64,000 nucleotides of DNA from Isurus oxyrinchus (taxonomy: Eukaryota): positions 682,001-746,000 of the forward strand of contig JANJGN010000087.1 of NCBI GenBank assembly GCA_026770705.1. The letters run 5' to 3'. How positions within the stretch are numbered: the stretch's first letter is position 1; each line of letters begins with the position of its first letter. Of the stretch, positions 40,217 through 52,887 are shown piece by piece. The translations under genes were made by a program, and so were the position numbers. The notes under the pieces are model-generated. The model worked only from the letters and a program-made list of their open reading frames with translations, did no database searches and had not been told where the DNA came from.

Positions 40217-40342
40217 CCAGAGTTAAAATATCACCGCCGGTATTTTCCCGTGTGACGAACTCATGATGAACACGGTCCAGCAGCAAGTGATCGCCCTTAG
40301 AATCATTGTCTGTAGTCTCAGCATCGTCGTAATCACGGAAAG
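40217..40342 (-). CDS. cytoplasmic exon 3 (AFRDYDDAETTDNDSKGDHLLLDRV...ILTL)
   Basis: TTTGTTCCTCCCAG acceptor, TGG|GTGAGA donor; 126 bp, phase 1-1; DYDDA resembles WC1 YDDV motifs. Confidence 0.8.
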
Positions 40343-40871
40343 CTGGGAGGAACAAACGACTTTCATTGAGATTAATTGCTAACAATGAAGAGTTGGAATA
40401 ACATTGAGACTTGTCAACAAAACATTCCGAGGAGAGAACAGTGGTTCTGTTGCACTAACAGGGGAGGGCGTTTAATGTGTGGATAATTTTTGGAACATTT
40501 CGCGTCACAGTATTATTATTTTATGTTTTGATGTCACGTGTCTCACTGACCCAATGATCTCGACAGCCTGCATGCGCATTTCACCTTTCGCAGGTTACTG
40601 GGCCTTGTGATGAAACTAATAATATGATATGTACTCTAAGTTAAAGCATTTCACTCCTTTGTATTATTGAGTGCAATCACATGATTTTGATATGATATTG
40701 TATCAGCCTGAAAGTATTTCAGAAGCGCTTTTATCTAACGTCACTGTAGTAGCTGATATCATCGTCCGTGCAACTTAATGGTGTTTTTGTTCTTTTTAAT
40801 ACTTCACATTCGATTGTTGATATTACTGAGTGCGAAGGATGAAAACGAGACGGTCGGAAGTAAAACTTTAC

Positions 40872-40985
40872 CCACCCTGAATATGGATGAGTTCTCGTCA
40901 GGAGTTTGCGATCCAAGACTTTTGAAATCCAAAATGTGGCTGGTGTAATATTCGATATCATTGAGCGAAACAATGGAAGCAGAAA
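40872..40985 (-). CDS. cytoplasmic exon 2 (VSASIVSLNDIEYYTSHILDFKSLGSQTPDENSS...)
   Basis: CTTTCTTTAACAG acceptor and open phase-1 frame. Donor ambiguous: GTAAAG after 40872 keeps frame; GTGGGT after 40876 would imply a 1-bp loss. Confidence 0.7.
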
Positions 40986-41924
40986 CTGTTAAAGAAAGGG
41001 GACAAAATAATTTGGTTCTTGGAGCAAATGTTTATATCATTATAGTCTCCACACGGTAAAGAAGTATTCAGACCTTTGGAGTAGAGGTTACAATAAATAA
41101 TCCCCTGCCCAAAACTCCCCTTCCCTTTCATTTTCAGAGACGTTAATTCCGCACCATTTGACGGAGGAGAAAGGAACTCATGGGCAATGGAACCAAAAAG
41201 AGACCAAGAATTTTATGATCCTTATTTTCAGCATTTTTGGATTCTTTTTGCTCATAACACGGTTTTCGTTCTTGTAAAGTGCTGCGAGCCTCATCATCTA
41301 CTGCTCTATATTTTATAATAATATGCGGATCAGAACCCTAAATTATACTCCAAATTCCCTCGAACTAATGTTCGATCGAGGTTCAACAGAGTAATATTGT
41401 TATTCAAGGACAAATATCCAGAAATAAATTAGTGTTTGTTTTGGTTTTTTACAACCTGATCATTCAGCATCGATTTTCTTTCTTTATTCGTTTCCCTGAA
41501 CTCCTGCATTCAACGATTTTAGTATTTAATTCCGATTCATTGTTACAGATCGAAAATTAATTCTTACTTGTTATACTAGATTGAAATTCCCCATAATTAT
41601 TATGTAGAGATTCATTTGCTAATCGTATGTTCTTTGTCGGAAATTTATTAATGTCTGTTTCTAAAATGCTTTCACTGCCCCCAGCCCACCACAATTTGGT
41701 CATTAGATAAATTTAGAAAAATATATCGTTTTCATCCAAAATCTAAATCATTCAGATTAATTTATAACAACAGTAATCCCAGCAGTGATGCGTTTTAAAT
41801 ACCCATTCCCACTTTCCTCCCCCTACATAACTAACTTGTATAACACTCTGTTTCTTGTCTTGCAGGCAGCAGGCTACTCATTTCCATAGGTGTCACTTGA
41901 CTCCATGTAAATGTAATGAATAAG

Positions 41925-42342
41925 AGCAAACAGTGCTTTTCATGATCACCATATGTCCAAAGCTGTTTGCAGCTAATGGACACTTGTGACGTATCGTCAC
42001 TATTGAAATATGGGACAGGTGGCAGACAATTTGTAAACAAAAATTCTTTCCACGGGCAACCACAGCAATGTACTAATTAGCAGATAATCTGACTTTGTGA
42101 TTTTGTTCAAGATATACATATTTGTCAGTATACCAAGGGCATGTCTAAATTCTCCAGGAGAAGATATTTTGGTCAGCACTTAAACAATGACTCTGAAAGA
42201 GAACACTGCCAAGAGCGCATCAGCTGCTCATTTCTGCACCACAGTGTCTCCTTGATATTTCTGAGCAAGTACTGGAGTGGAACTGAATGCCAGAAGATAT
42301 TGAATGAGAAGCAAATTTGACACCCACTGGGCAATAGCTGAG
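41925..42342 (-). mobile_element. Deu-domain tRNA-derived SINE (SacSINE1/AmnSINE-like), decayed
   Basis: Resembles the recalled shark Deu-SINE consensus; similar copy at 51950-52372. Confidence 0.6.
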
Positions 42343-43712
42343 ATGTAAACAATTGTATTATCCATCGGTATGTTAAGGGCACAGTTCCAAAAAATATTTT
42401 TCAAATCCACAGAATGTATGTCCTCACTGCTAACCTTATCTATGCTGTTACCTTTTTGAACATTTTGCTGACGTTCCTAAAGTGACAGTTCCCATTATCG
42501 AGTGTTTGCTGGCTGCTATTTTAGTCGTTTGATGCTAATTTGTACCCTTTTCCTCCTTTGTATCAATTGAATAAGTTTTTCTCCTACCAACGTTCAGGCA
42601 ACGGATCTTTTGTCCCTGGACATTTTTCTTCTCCATATTTAATTGCACATTTAATTTTAGTTACCTGCCAGGATCGTGGCACTACCACTGCTTGAAATGA
42701 ATTGTTTGATCACTGTAAATGTGCCTCTGCTATCTTATTTTTTTTCCGTAATTAATGGATGCAAATTGTTCTGACCCATGATATTTTTGGAAAGATTTTT
42801 TTTAACTTTCTTTTTAAATGAATTGTTGTCGCTCCTAATCTAATTTTCCAAAGTCATGCCCTCTTACCCCTAGTGAATACTAAAATAATGTTGTTAAGTA
42901 ATATTTCTGATATTTCATGAATGCCGCTCTTATTCTTTCAGTTCCTTTTTGGAACACTGTCATGCCATATTGACCTACCCTTACTTTGTACCGTTAAATA
43001 TTCTACTAATTTGCTAGACAATCCACGATCATTTCATTGACTAGTCATTATTATCACCATAACTACATTTTTCATCTTTCTTCACGTTCTCCCTTATCCT
43101 GCATGCCACCACAATTCTTCCCATCATTGTTATTCTTCCCTAACTTATCGTTATTTCTTTTTTTGCCATGTGCTCTTGTTCCCAATGGTTTGGCCCAGTG
43201 TTTAGCATATTCTTATTAGTTATTGAAAAATGTTCTCGTGGATTCTGTTGAAAGTAGTTTGAATGTGTTTTTCTTTCCATTATAGGTATTCATAATGTTG
43301 GATAAATGATACCCGAATATGATTCTCAGCCCCTGAGATCAGCGGCCCTGTAGGCTATCATAGTTGATGAGAGTGGATTGCATTTTCTGTTTTATAATCC
43401 TCTCTTTGCATAATTTTGTCAGTCTGATACCTAATGAATGCAGTGAGCAGTCCCTTGGGAAGTTGGAAACACTGATCTGATCGCTATTTTCCACCAAACG
43501 GCAAAGCACCCTTTAGGTAAAACAGAATTTTGGGAAATTTGAGAAGCTCATTACTCTTCTCACGTAACAAAAGTAAGCGGAGATAGGAAACTTTCACATG
43601 AGGAAAGTGAGTGGAATGCCTGTTGGGCCCATGCATTGCCCGGACTTTTAACGGGGGTGAACGGAAAGGGAGTTCCCCAGTGCGTATTGGATTTGCAATG
43701 GAAGTTACAAAC

Positions 43713-43820
43713 CTGAGCCACGGGTCAGAGCTGGATCTTTGACAGGTGGTATATTTTCAATTTCTTCATAAATTGCTTGGTACAAATCAATTGGTGAAGC
43801 CCAACAGCCAGTGGCAAAAC
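43713..43820 (-). CDS. cytoplasmic exon 1 (GFATGCWASPIDLYQAIYEEIENIPPVKDPALTRGS)
   Basis: TTGTCTCCATCAG acceptor, CAG|GTTTGT donor; 108 bp, phase 1-1; YEEI motif resembles WC1 YEEL. Confidence 0.88.
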
Positions 43821-44849
43821 CTGATGGAGACAATGTGGAGGGATTAACATTTTGTTGCATTTTACTTTGCTGAATATTAAAATGTTTTCAAATAATATCA
43901 CAAAACAGATGGTGAATGTGAATGCAAAAAGTCAGTGAGCTGGCTTTGAATGATCTTTTGTTAAGTACGTTTTATTTTACAAGAGAGTGCGTATCCAAAT
44001 GTGTGTGTGAGAGAGATAAAATGAGAGACAGAGAGAGAGACGTTATGTACATGGGGCTGTGTCTGTGTGGGCGTGTGCATGTGTGGGTAACCGCATGGAA
44101 GCATGTTCAACTCCATCAGACTAGGGGAAATTTAATTAAGGTCGGAAAAGACGAAACAAGGCGTTTCCGGGAGGAATCAATTTCAGCTGAAAACTCTGTC
44201 GTGAGACCCAAGGGGATTTTAGCTGAAGAGAAGCAGGGGAAAAATGATTGATTCTGCTGAGAGCATCAGGTTGGAAAGACGAGTGAGGAGCTGACCTTTC
44301 TTTTATGTATCGCATCAACATTAAAATTAATTTGCTTTGCGCATCGAACAGGAGTGTGATGGTTGTTCAGATCAGAGTAGTTACTTATGTCAGTGTACAC
44401 AATATTCAAAAATTGGTGCTGAAAATCCCATCGAAGTCTCACATCTCAAAATTGTGGATCGATTCTGGCTATGGAGAATGAGAATGGGCATCAGGGCACG
44501 GAAACTCAAGGAGTGGACGGACACTGATTGGATTGACTTCGAATGACGGAAACATCATGACTGGGCACTAAGTCTAAAATGCTTCAAATAACCTTCAGAT
44601 CTATGGCTGCAACAATTGATTGACCTTCAGACGCAGTAGCGGTGGAATCATTAGGAATGCGAATGTGGACAGTCAAGTGATTCTTCAATTTAAATGACAC
44701 ATTTCACTGTTTGACCAAGTACTTTGAACGAAAATTCTCGTTAAATTGCTTAACATAAGTTTCCAACATTACAAGTGAGATTCAATGGAAAAGGACAATG
44801 AAGTGAATTCTCGCCAGTGTATGAGGCATGAAGGCACCTGAAAAAAAAA

Positions 44850-45935
44850 CACTGGAGCCAATAGGATTCAGGGGGAAATTCTTCACTGCTTGAAGTCAGA
44901 GTGAGCATAGAACAAGGGAATTGTGGTTGTTGGAGGTCAATCATCTTTCAGTAGTTGGACATTAATGCAGGAGCTCCTCAGCATAGCGTGCTAGGACCAA
45001 CGATCTTCACTTGTTTCATCAATGACCATGTCATCATCTGAAGGTCATGCGTGAGGATTTCCACTGATGATGGCACAATGTTTATTACCAGTCCCGAATC
45101 CTCAGCTACTGCAGCAGGCCATGCCCACATGCTGTCAGACATGGACCATATCCAGGCCTGACATTCATAGTGGAGAGTAAAATTCGTGCCTCACTAGTGC
45201 CAGGAAATGACGATCTACAACAAGGTGCAATCCAACTGGCAGCCTTTGACATTCAGTAGCATTGCCATCACTGATTCCCCCACTAACAACATCCCAGGCA
45301 TTTCCATTGACCAGAAACTGAACTGGGCTTGTGATATGAATGATGTGGTGACAAAAGCAGGTAAGAGACAAGAAACCCTTCTGAGGAACTTAACACCAGA
45401 CTAGGCAAATCCTTTCCATCGTCTGCAAGGGACAATCAAGAGTGTTCCTGAAGATTATCCACTTGCCTGTTTGAGTGCAGCTACAACAAAATTCTAGAGG
45501 TTTGCCGCCATCCAGAATAAAGCTTTCTGCTTTTTTGGCACCATATCCACAACCAATCACTCCATTCATCATCCGCTTACAGTGGCAGCAGTGTGTACTG
45601 TTTATAAGATGCACTTGAAGAATCCAGTAAGGCTGCTTAGGTAGGACCTTCCAAAACCACATAAACAACCAAGGAGAATGACAAGCGAAGCAGAGATATG
45701 GGAAAACCACTTACTGGAAGTCACCCTCCAAGCCGGTCACTATTTTTATTTAGATATTTGTCGCCGTTCTGACACAGTCGCTGGGTCAAATCCTTAAACT
45801 CCCTCCATAAAAGTACGGTGGTGTACCTATGCAACATGGACTGCAACGGTTCAAGAAGTCATCTCATCACCTCTTTCTCAAGGGCAATTTTGGATGGCCA
45901 ATGAATGCAGGACTGCCAGAGAGTCTCAAATATCA
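44850..45935 (+). mobile_element. second CR1/L2-group LINE family, RT to tail (intronic)
   Basis: GAPQHSVLGPTIFTCFIND motif; similar to 38700-39700. Confidence 0.8.
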
Positions 45936-46006
45936 TTCATGAATTGAAATAAAAAATAAAAATATCCGAGATTTAATGTGAAGTGAGTGGTAATGTTTGT
46001 CCTCAC

Positions 46007-46123
46007 CTTTCCTTAATGATTGCCTCCGCATTACCACAATTAGTAGGATGAACTCACAGATCAACAGGATACCGATTGTTATACCAATCACAAGAGGGAT
46101 GGAAGTGATATTGTCTTCATGTC
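46007..46123 (-). CDS. transmembrane exon (GHEDNITSIPLVIGITIGILLICEFILLIVVMRRQSLRK)
   Basis: About 24 hydrophobic residues followed by basic RRQSLRK; CATTAAG acceptor, AAG|GTGAGG donor; 117 bp, phase 1-1. Confidence 0.9.
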
Positions 46124-46308
46124 CTTAATGAAATGTTAAAGAAAGATTCAACTAGGACACAAAATGCTTTGTATTGTTAAACGGTCCAACATTCTGAAAC
46201 ACTAAGATTAACCTCGGAATTTCTTTATAAAAACAAGCAAATGCCAATTATATCAGATCATTCTGAACATTAGCCTTGACAGGAATACTCATTATTCATA
46301 AGACCAAC

Positions 46309-46350
46309 CTGCGGGTTTGGATGGAAAAGCAGCCGATGACAACTCTGGAC
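46309..46350 (-). CDS. 42-bp Pro/Ser-rich stalk micro-exon (GPELSSAAFPSKPA)
   Basis: CCCATAG acceptor, CAG|GTTGGT donor, phase 1-1; lies between the last SRCR exon and the TM exon. Confidence 0.7.
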
Positions 46351-46498
46351 CTATGGGTTATTATACAAAAAATATAGAACTTTAACTTAGAAAGTCATCT
46401 CTTTTTCATCATTTACGAATTCATGAGACGTATTCAGCAAACAATCACCAACCGCCAATCTCCCGGCCCCGACTCGTACCATTCTGCACTACCCTTAC

Positions 46499-46816
46499 CG
46501 GAACAAATCACACTGGCGTCCTCCTTGTGATCACAGTCAGGTTGAGCAGACGTTAAGGAAGGACAATCAGAGAGAAAGGATTCGCTTCCGGTACACCTCA
46601 CCTCATCAAACCACATGTCACCTTCACCCTGTCCAAAAGTGGCCCCTGCTGTGGCCAATAGAGCAGAGCCACAATGCAGCTGTCTGCAGACAACATTGGC
46701 ATCGGCCATATCCCAAGAGTCATCACACACTGTGCTCCAGTTGTTTTTGCACATTATCTCCACTCGCCCGGAGCAGTTGGTGTTACCTCCAATCAGGCGC
46801 AAACCTACATCTGAAT
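46499..46816 (-). CDS. SRCR domain exon 7, membrane-proximal (DSDVGLRLIGGNTNCSGRVEI...ASVICS)
   Basis: ORF 46434..46823; TTTGACAG acceptor, CCG|GTAAGG donor; 318 bp. Confidence 0.95.
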
Positions 46817-47044
46817 CTGTCAAAGATAATCAATCACTATTATTTCTGCACAAAAATACAGGTAGACAACTCAGATAATTGATCTATTAAAGTGGAGCAA
46901 TCACCTGATTCTCGACCACAATCCTTTTCACTTTTGGGCTGGCCCTTCGTTATCTTTCTTCCTATTGAGGAAAGAAACGTGCTGACTCATTTGGACATCA
47001 ATGAATGAAATAACACTCGCACATTGGAAGGTTTGTTTTGTTAC

Positions 47045-47363
47045 CTGAACATGAAACGCCTGCATCTTCTTTGTGATTACAGTTGTGTTGTCCCCACGGG
47101 TCTGTCTGACACTGCCAGATGGTCGACTCGTGTGAAATACATTCTATTTCATCGAGCCAAATAGGTCCGGATCCTTCTCCGAATGACTGAGTGGTATAGT
47201 CTATAGAAACCAGGGGGCCACACTGTAACTGTTTACAGATCACCCTCAGCATCATGGGGATCCAGTGCTTCCGAACACACTGTTCCCCAGATCCCATTGT
47301 AGAACACTTCCGCCCGCCCCTCACAGCGATGCTTTCCATTCACCAGCTGCAGCTCTTTGTGTT
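47045..47363 (-). pseudogene. SRCR domain exon 6 ([20 protein letters not shown]...AGVSCS) with +1 frameshift
   Basis: 319 bp. The domain is split over ORFs 47233..47439 and 46998..47339, with an extra G in GCT GAG G GTG at ~47243-47245. Confidence 0.92.
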
Positions 47364-47499
47364 CTATCAAAGAAAGAAGAAATCTCCAGATGTTTCCAGT
47401 GATAAATGGAATCATGTCAACAGTGCCCCCTCCACCCAAGTTGTGCCAGAGGTGTTCACTGAATAGAGATAATTATTCCAGAAATGTAACAGTGATACA

Positions 47500-48290
47500 T
47501 GTACAATCCAATTATATAATCAATGATAATCAACACAGATTTCAAAAGAGCGAACTATAGATCTTCCAATTCATTGAATTACTTGAGGAAGTTTCAGAAA
47601 GATTATGTGGAGATAATAATGTCCATGTAATCCACATGGATTTTGAAAACAATAACTTTCAAAAAGTTTTCAAACAGCTGCATTAAGGCTGAGAACAGGG
47701 AAATGAAATTGCCGGCACAATATTAAAAGAAGAGCAAACAAGCAACAACGCAGGATTTCATATATAATAGCAGAAGTTGGGGCGTGCTGTACACATGGAT
47801 TATTGCTGGGGCTCACATCTGTTTCAGATTAACATATTACATTTGGTATTTGGAATTGAAGTAAATGTTCAAAATGCACTACGGTTTGCAGTTAATACCA
47901 AGACAGGTTCCATTAACTGCAGGAAGACGGTCGGAGACAGCAGGATAGGCTTGTCAATGCTGAAATTATTTCAATGCTGATTAGAATAAAGTCGTGATTT
48001 TTTCGGACAAAGAAACACAAGAGCCAAACAAATTGGGATTTAGGAGATTTTCTGTTTCGCTTTCTATTACCCAGATAGAAGGAGAATGTGGAACATGGAA
48101 CATGTACATTTAGTGGGGGCGAATTGTGGTGATGCCTTGAATGTGACGTTTGATAAAGGCACGAGGGGAAAATACAGAGTGCAATACAGCTCAGACCACA
48201 TGAAATGATGTAAGATTATGAGCAGAATAAGCAGCAGTCAGACGCATTGAGCAGAATGACCAGTTGATGTACAGTTTCTGGGCCATTCAG
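47500..48290 (+). mobile_element. heavily decayed CR1 fragment
   Basis: Eroded DF-K-F-KV and F-x-DTK-like segments and a CR1-like tail. Confidence 0.5.
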
Positions 48291-48353
48291 TGAAATTCTA
48301 TCTGTCTGAATCTTCTCGTATAAAGGAAATAAGTGCATTTACGTCACCCTTAC

Positions 48354-48668
48354 CTGAGCACATGATCTTCACATCTTCTTTATGAGAACAGTCGTGGGCA
48401 CCCCAATATTCAGAGGGACATTGCCAGAGATACGATTCCTCCCCTGAACACTCCAAGCCTTCCAACCAAATTGGACCTGAGCCTGCTCCGCAAGAGGCAG
48501 GAAGTGTCACGTCCAAAGCCTTTCCGCAATGCAGCTGTTTGCAAACGATGTCAGCGTCTGTCAGATCCCAGGAATCATCACAAACTGAGCCCCAGGTCCC
48601 GTTATACTAAATCTCCACTCGGCCTGCACATGGGCTTCCACCGTCTGACAGCCTTAACTGTTTGTGTT
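48354..48668 (-). pseudogene. SRCR domain exon 5 ([31 protein letters not shown]...KIMCS) with in-frame TAG
   Basis: 315 bp; GGATCAG acceptor, CAG|GTAAGG donor; manual translation gives TAG at 48607-48609 where an aromatic residue is expected. Confidence 0.92.
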
Positions 48669-49643
48669 CTGATCCAAAGAAGACAATCTTTATTAAGAGG
48701 ATTCGATTACGCATTTATATCATAACACAAATTGAAACTATTGGATATTATCCAGCAAAAGTAATAAAACAAATCACTTGACTATGACAGGTAACTGTTT
48801 CTATAGTTGAGACCATGTATCTCTAACTACTTGAAATTTATAATGTGGAGTGCACAAAGATTTCAAATATTCCTACACCTGATTCCATCGATATTTTGGC
48901 TTGCAGTTCACATATTGTGTGCTCAGTGCTGTGTGCCCTGTTTCAACCTCAACTGAACTTTTTTGTATTCATCGTTCCACCTAAACTACTTATGAACATC
49001 AATTGTACACAGCTTTTTCTCTCCCCTGCACATATCTCGAAAACTTATTTCAGTCGATTTCTGATTATCTCGCTTTTTTATTTTGATTATATTGAAAAAA
49101 AATGCTGCAATTCCTCAGGGGATCTGGCAGCTTCAGTGGAAAAAAGAAACCAAGTGACTTTTAAGAATGACATTTCATAGAAGCTCAGCCTTCTGCTGCT
49201 GAAAGACCTGTAAGTGCATCGTTTTTTCATGCATTGAATAATGCAGAAATCCCATGAGCGGCCTGTCGCTCTGACGAGTATATGAACGGCAATTCTATGA
49301 AAACGTTGTTAAATTAACACACAATTTCGCACCAAGCTGTAAGGCCCCTCCCAACACCACACCGCCCCGCCCCTCACCACTCCCCCCGCCTCGCACTAAC
49401 AGAAGTGCTGTCAGAATTTCCTGTTTGAGAGAAAATTCTGAATTCCGTCGTTAATAAATGTGCAGCAAAAATGCATGTCCTGCTTGTTGATCAGTTCTGT
49501 GCGTGCCCACTCTCCCCACGTTAGCCCTCCAATGCTAAGCAGTTAGGTTAAAAGAACTCGAGGAACAAGTGACGTATATTCACACCTCCCTCCTTATTAG
49601 ATATTTCTATTTATGTTCCGGTAAAATTGAACTATTTATTCAC

Positions 49644-49958
49644 CTGAACACAGAACCCCGACGCCGACACTTTCATTGAGAGACGAATTCATTGCAAATG
49701 AGCTGCAGTTGCGGAGATGCAGTTCGTTTCCTCCACACTGGACATCATTCACCCACACAGTCCCTTCACTCTCTCCATACATTGCAGAGGTATAAGCGGC
49801 AAGTGCAACACCACATCCTAGTTGCTTGCAGACCACGGTAGCATCATTGAGGTCCCAGAGGCTGTCCTGTACTCTGTCCCAGTGACCGTTGTGGTAAATT
49901 TCCACCCGACCATCACAGCGGCTTCCCCCATTCGTCAATCTCAGTGACCAGCTTTCAT
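49644..49958 (-). CDS. SRCR domain exon 4 (DESWSLRLTNGGSRCDGRVEI...VGVLCS), 6-Cys, CD163 domain 8 / 'e'-like
   Basis: ORF 49636..50013; CTTGTAG acceptor, CAG|GTGAAT donor; 315 bp; C2 and C7 absent. Confidence 0.95.
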
Positions 49959-51949
49959 CTACAAGATGAGAGCAAGGGGTAACATTCAAACAAATCATGC
50001 ACATTTGACTCAATATAACCGGGGCAATGATTATTCACGTAAATGTTCTGACCCTAGTGCCAAGGTGAGGCAGATCAGTGGGACCCTGCTGAGCACGCTG
50101 ATGCGGGAGGGTGAGCAGTCAGCATTCGTGCTCCGTTAGTGGAACAATTTCAGAGGTAGGAAGAGGGGTGTAGTCCTGCAGATGATTTTTAAGGATGTTG
50201 CAAACAATCTAGTAAATTGCCATCAACGGAGTAATATCCTGATAATATTGAAATATCCCAGCACAACGTACGAGCGATAGAACTAATGAACATGTCGTAA
50301 GATAAACGGTGCACGAGAGTCCTAATGAAGCTCATGTGACTTTGTGACCTGTTCTCATGGACTCATAGACTCAGTTCTGTGAAGAAAGGACCAATGGATG
50401 TTTTCATGTGTTTCACATGAAAAAACTCCGGGGGCAATGTCCGTCTGGTTTATTGATTGGAAAGTACAGAATGAATTTGTCAGGGATTTGGGAACGGGCA
50501 GATATGGTTAGAGAGAAAAACCAAACTGCACAGAAAAGTAGAAAAGAAAGATTGCAATAACGGAGGAAATAATGTGGTGTTAGTCATGATAAGCACAACC
50601 GGGGTTGTATAATGGCCTCAATTATATTTACTTTTCAGGTGTGTGAACGTACATTGCAATAAATGATGTTCGTGACGTGCAGGCTCTGAAAATGACTGAG
50701 GAGCAATAATGGAAAATTGGCTTAGACAAGTGCAGGACTATGCAAAAGCTCAAAGGCTCCCTGGGTGATTAAAGAGATGGGGATTAAGGTGAAGCAGAAA
50801 TAAATATATATGGATAGGATATTGAATTTGGATAATGCAAGAGAGATCCAAGATGAATGTACAATATCCAGACCATATAAGAGACTCCCACTAACATAAA
50901 ACGGGATCTTACAGTCTTATATAGGCACAAAACCGACACCAGGAAGGAAATCGGCATATAAAGGCTGATGTTATGGCTCAGCTGCTGAGCCAGCATTTTG
51001 AGTATGTTTTTTAGCCAAGGAAGAAAATGCTCCTCAATGCTGGACAAAGAATAGGCAGATGAAATAAAATGGACTGTTTAGATATTTATAAAGAGGACGA
51101 ATTGGCTTGGGCAACTGATGTTGAATTTGACGGGACACATGGATTGGATGACGTGTATTCGGGGAGCATGACCAATGTCAGAGCCGAAATCGCCAGATAA
51201 TGGTCATAATGTTCCCATCCTTCTTCAATGCCGATAAATGAAGTTTCCAAATATTACACCCTTGTTCAAGAAATGGTGTTAGGGTAAATGCAGTAAATTC
51301 GGACCAGTAAGTTTAATATTGGCTTTGGGAAAGCTTTGTTTCCTTGGAAAATATACATTGGGGCAGAAGTTAGAGCCAGTTGAAAAATGTAGTTTCATTA
51401 ACAATCTAGGGCGGATTTGGTAAGAGACAATCGCATTGCACGGACTTGCTAGAGTAATTTAATGAGGTTAGTGAGACTGTTAATGAGGCTAATGGAGTGG
51501 ATGTGGCTTTGATGGACTTTGAAATGACCTTTGGCAAAGGGTCACGATAGCTGCTTGGCAGAAATGTTTGGCGCCTGTGGAATAAGAGGAAAAATGACTG
51601 ACTGGAGATGGAATTGCTCTTTGAAAGGGAACAGGACGTCGTGTTCAACGTTTCTTCTTTTCCAGACCAGAGGAACAGGACATTCCACCTGGCTAGAAAC
51701 CCTGATTTTCCGTTAATACATGATATCTACCGAGACTTGGTTGTAAGGGGAACAATTTCATTTTTTTTCTTCAAAGTATACAGAATTGTTTTAAGTGTTG
51801 TAAAATGTTGAAAGATTAAAATTAAATCAGACACCGACAAGCTGTTAGAACGGGCCGGAAAGTTATAGACGAAATTCGGTTGAGGGAAGCATTGGTTGGC
51901 CCATTTTTGTTGGAAGTAAAAAAAATACGTATTTAAAGTAGATAAGTAT

Positions 51950-52372
51950 TTTTTTCAAAACTACCGGATCCCTCAACGCAAGTTACAGTCATTTATTTGC
52001 ATTGTGTAATGTCAGCACTGTTGCAATTTAAGGAACGCCGCAGCCATAATGGGCGCAGTAAAATGGCACAAAAATCGTGTGATAATGACCAGATGAGCTA
52101 CATTGTCTGATGTTGATCAAGGGATAACTTTGGATAGACTCCCTAGTTTCCCTCAAAGTAGACCCATGGTAAATATTTTTATTAACCTCCACTGATGCAG
52201 ATATGGCATCGATTAAACCTCTTACCAGGAACAAGCAAAATTATAGAGAACAGCATTCCCACAGCACTGCACTTCATTCACAGACTTGACTGCTCTGGTA
52301 AATAACTTGAGTCATTCTTAAAACAGGCTTTGTGCTTTAGAAGTGAGTGTTTTTAAGAGAGGTAAGGCTGGC
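51950..52372 (-). mobile_element. Deu-domain SINE, decayed
   Basis: GTGATAATGACCAGAT...GATGTTGATCAAGGGATAA core, similar to 41925-42342. Confidence 0.6.
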
Positions 52373-52887
52373 AAACGAAGGACTAGGAGAAGGAACAATA
52401 AAGAACTGGATCATTTCTGAATGAGTTTCAGAAGCTGACGAACCTCGGGTGCATTTGTAAGAAACATTGTACTTGACAGCGCAGGTTGCGAAAAGGCTGC
52501 TAAAGTTTGGAGTTCTTTGGTGTATAACTAAGGCACAGAGTACACTGAAGGGAAGATGTTATGATTCATTTCGGCCTCATCTGGAATAATGCTTCCATTT
52601 CTGGGCTACAAACGTTAGGGAGGGTATGAAGGCATTAGAAATGATGCAGAAATGCTTCATAAGATCATTCCGGTGATGACAAACGTATTTTTTCTACATT
52701 GTTTGAGTGAGCTACGAATATTCTACTTGGAGAGGGAATGCTAAAACAACCTTCGGGTTCTGGACATTACGGCACAGAAAAATTGTTGCCATTGGCGGAA
52801 GGATCAAGAATGATCAGTACAGATGGTGATGGAAAAATTGGAAATGGTGACATAAGGATGCTAATTTTGCATGTTGCGATTAATTAC

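Noticed and set aside
52028-52090. YCAHYGCGVP as the missing GPCR TM1 exon
   Set aside because: Lies inside a Deu-SINE, is followed by a stop rather than a donor, and is 39 kb from the GPCR exon.
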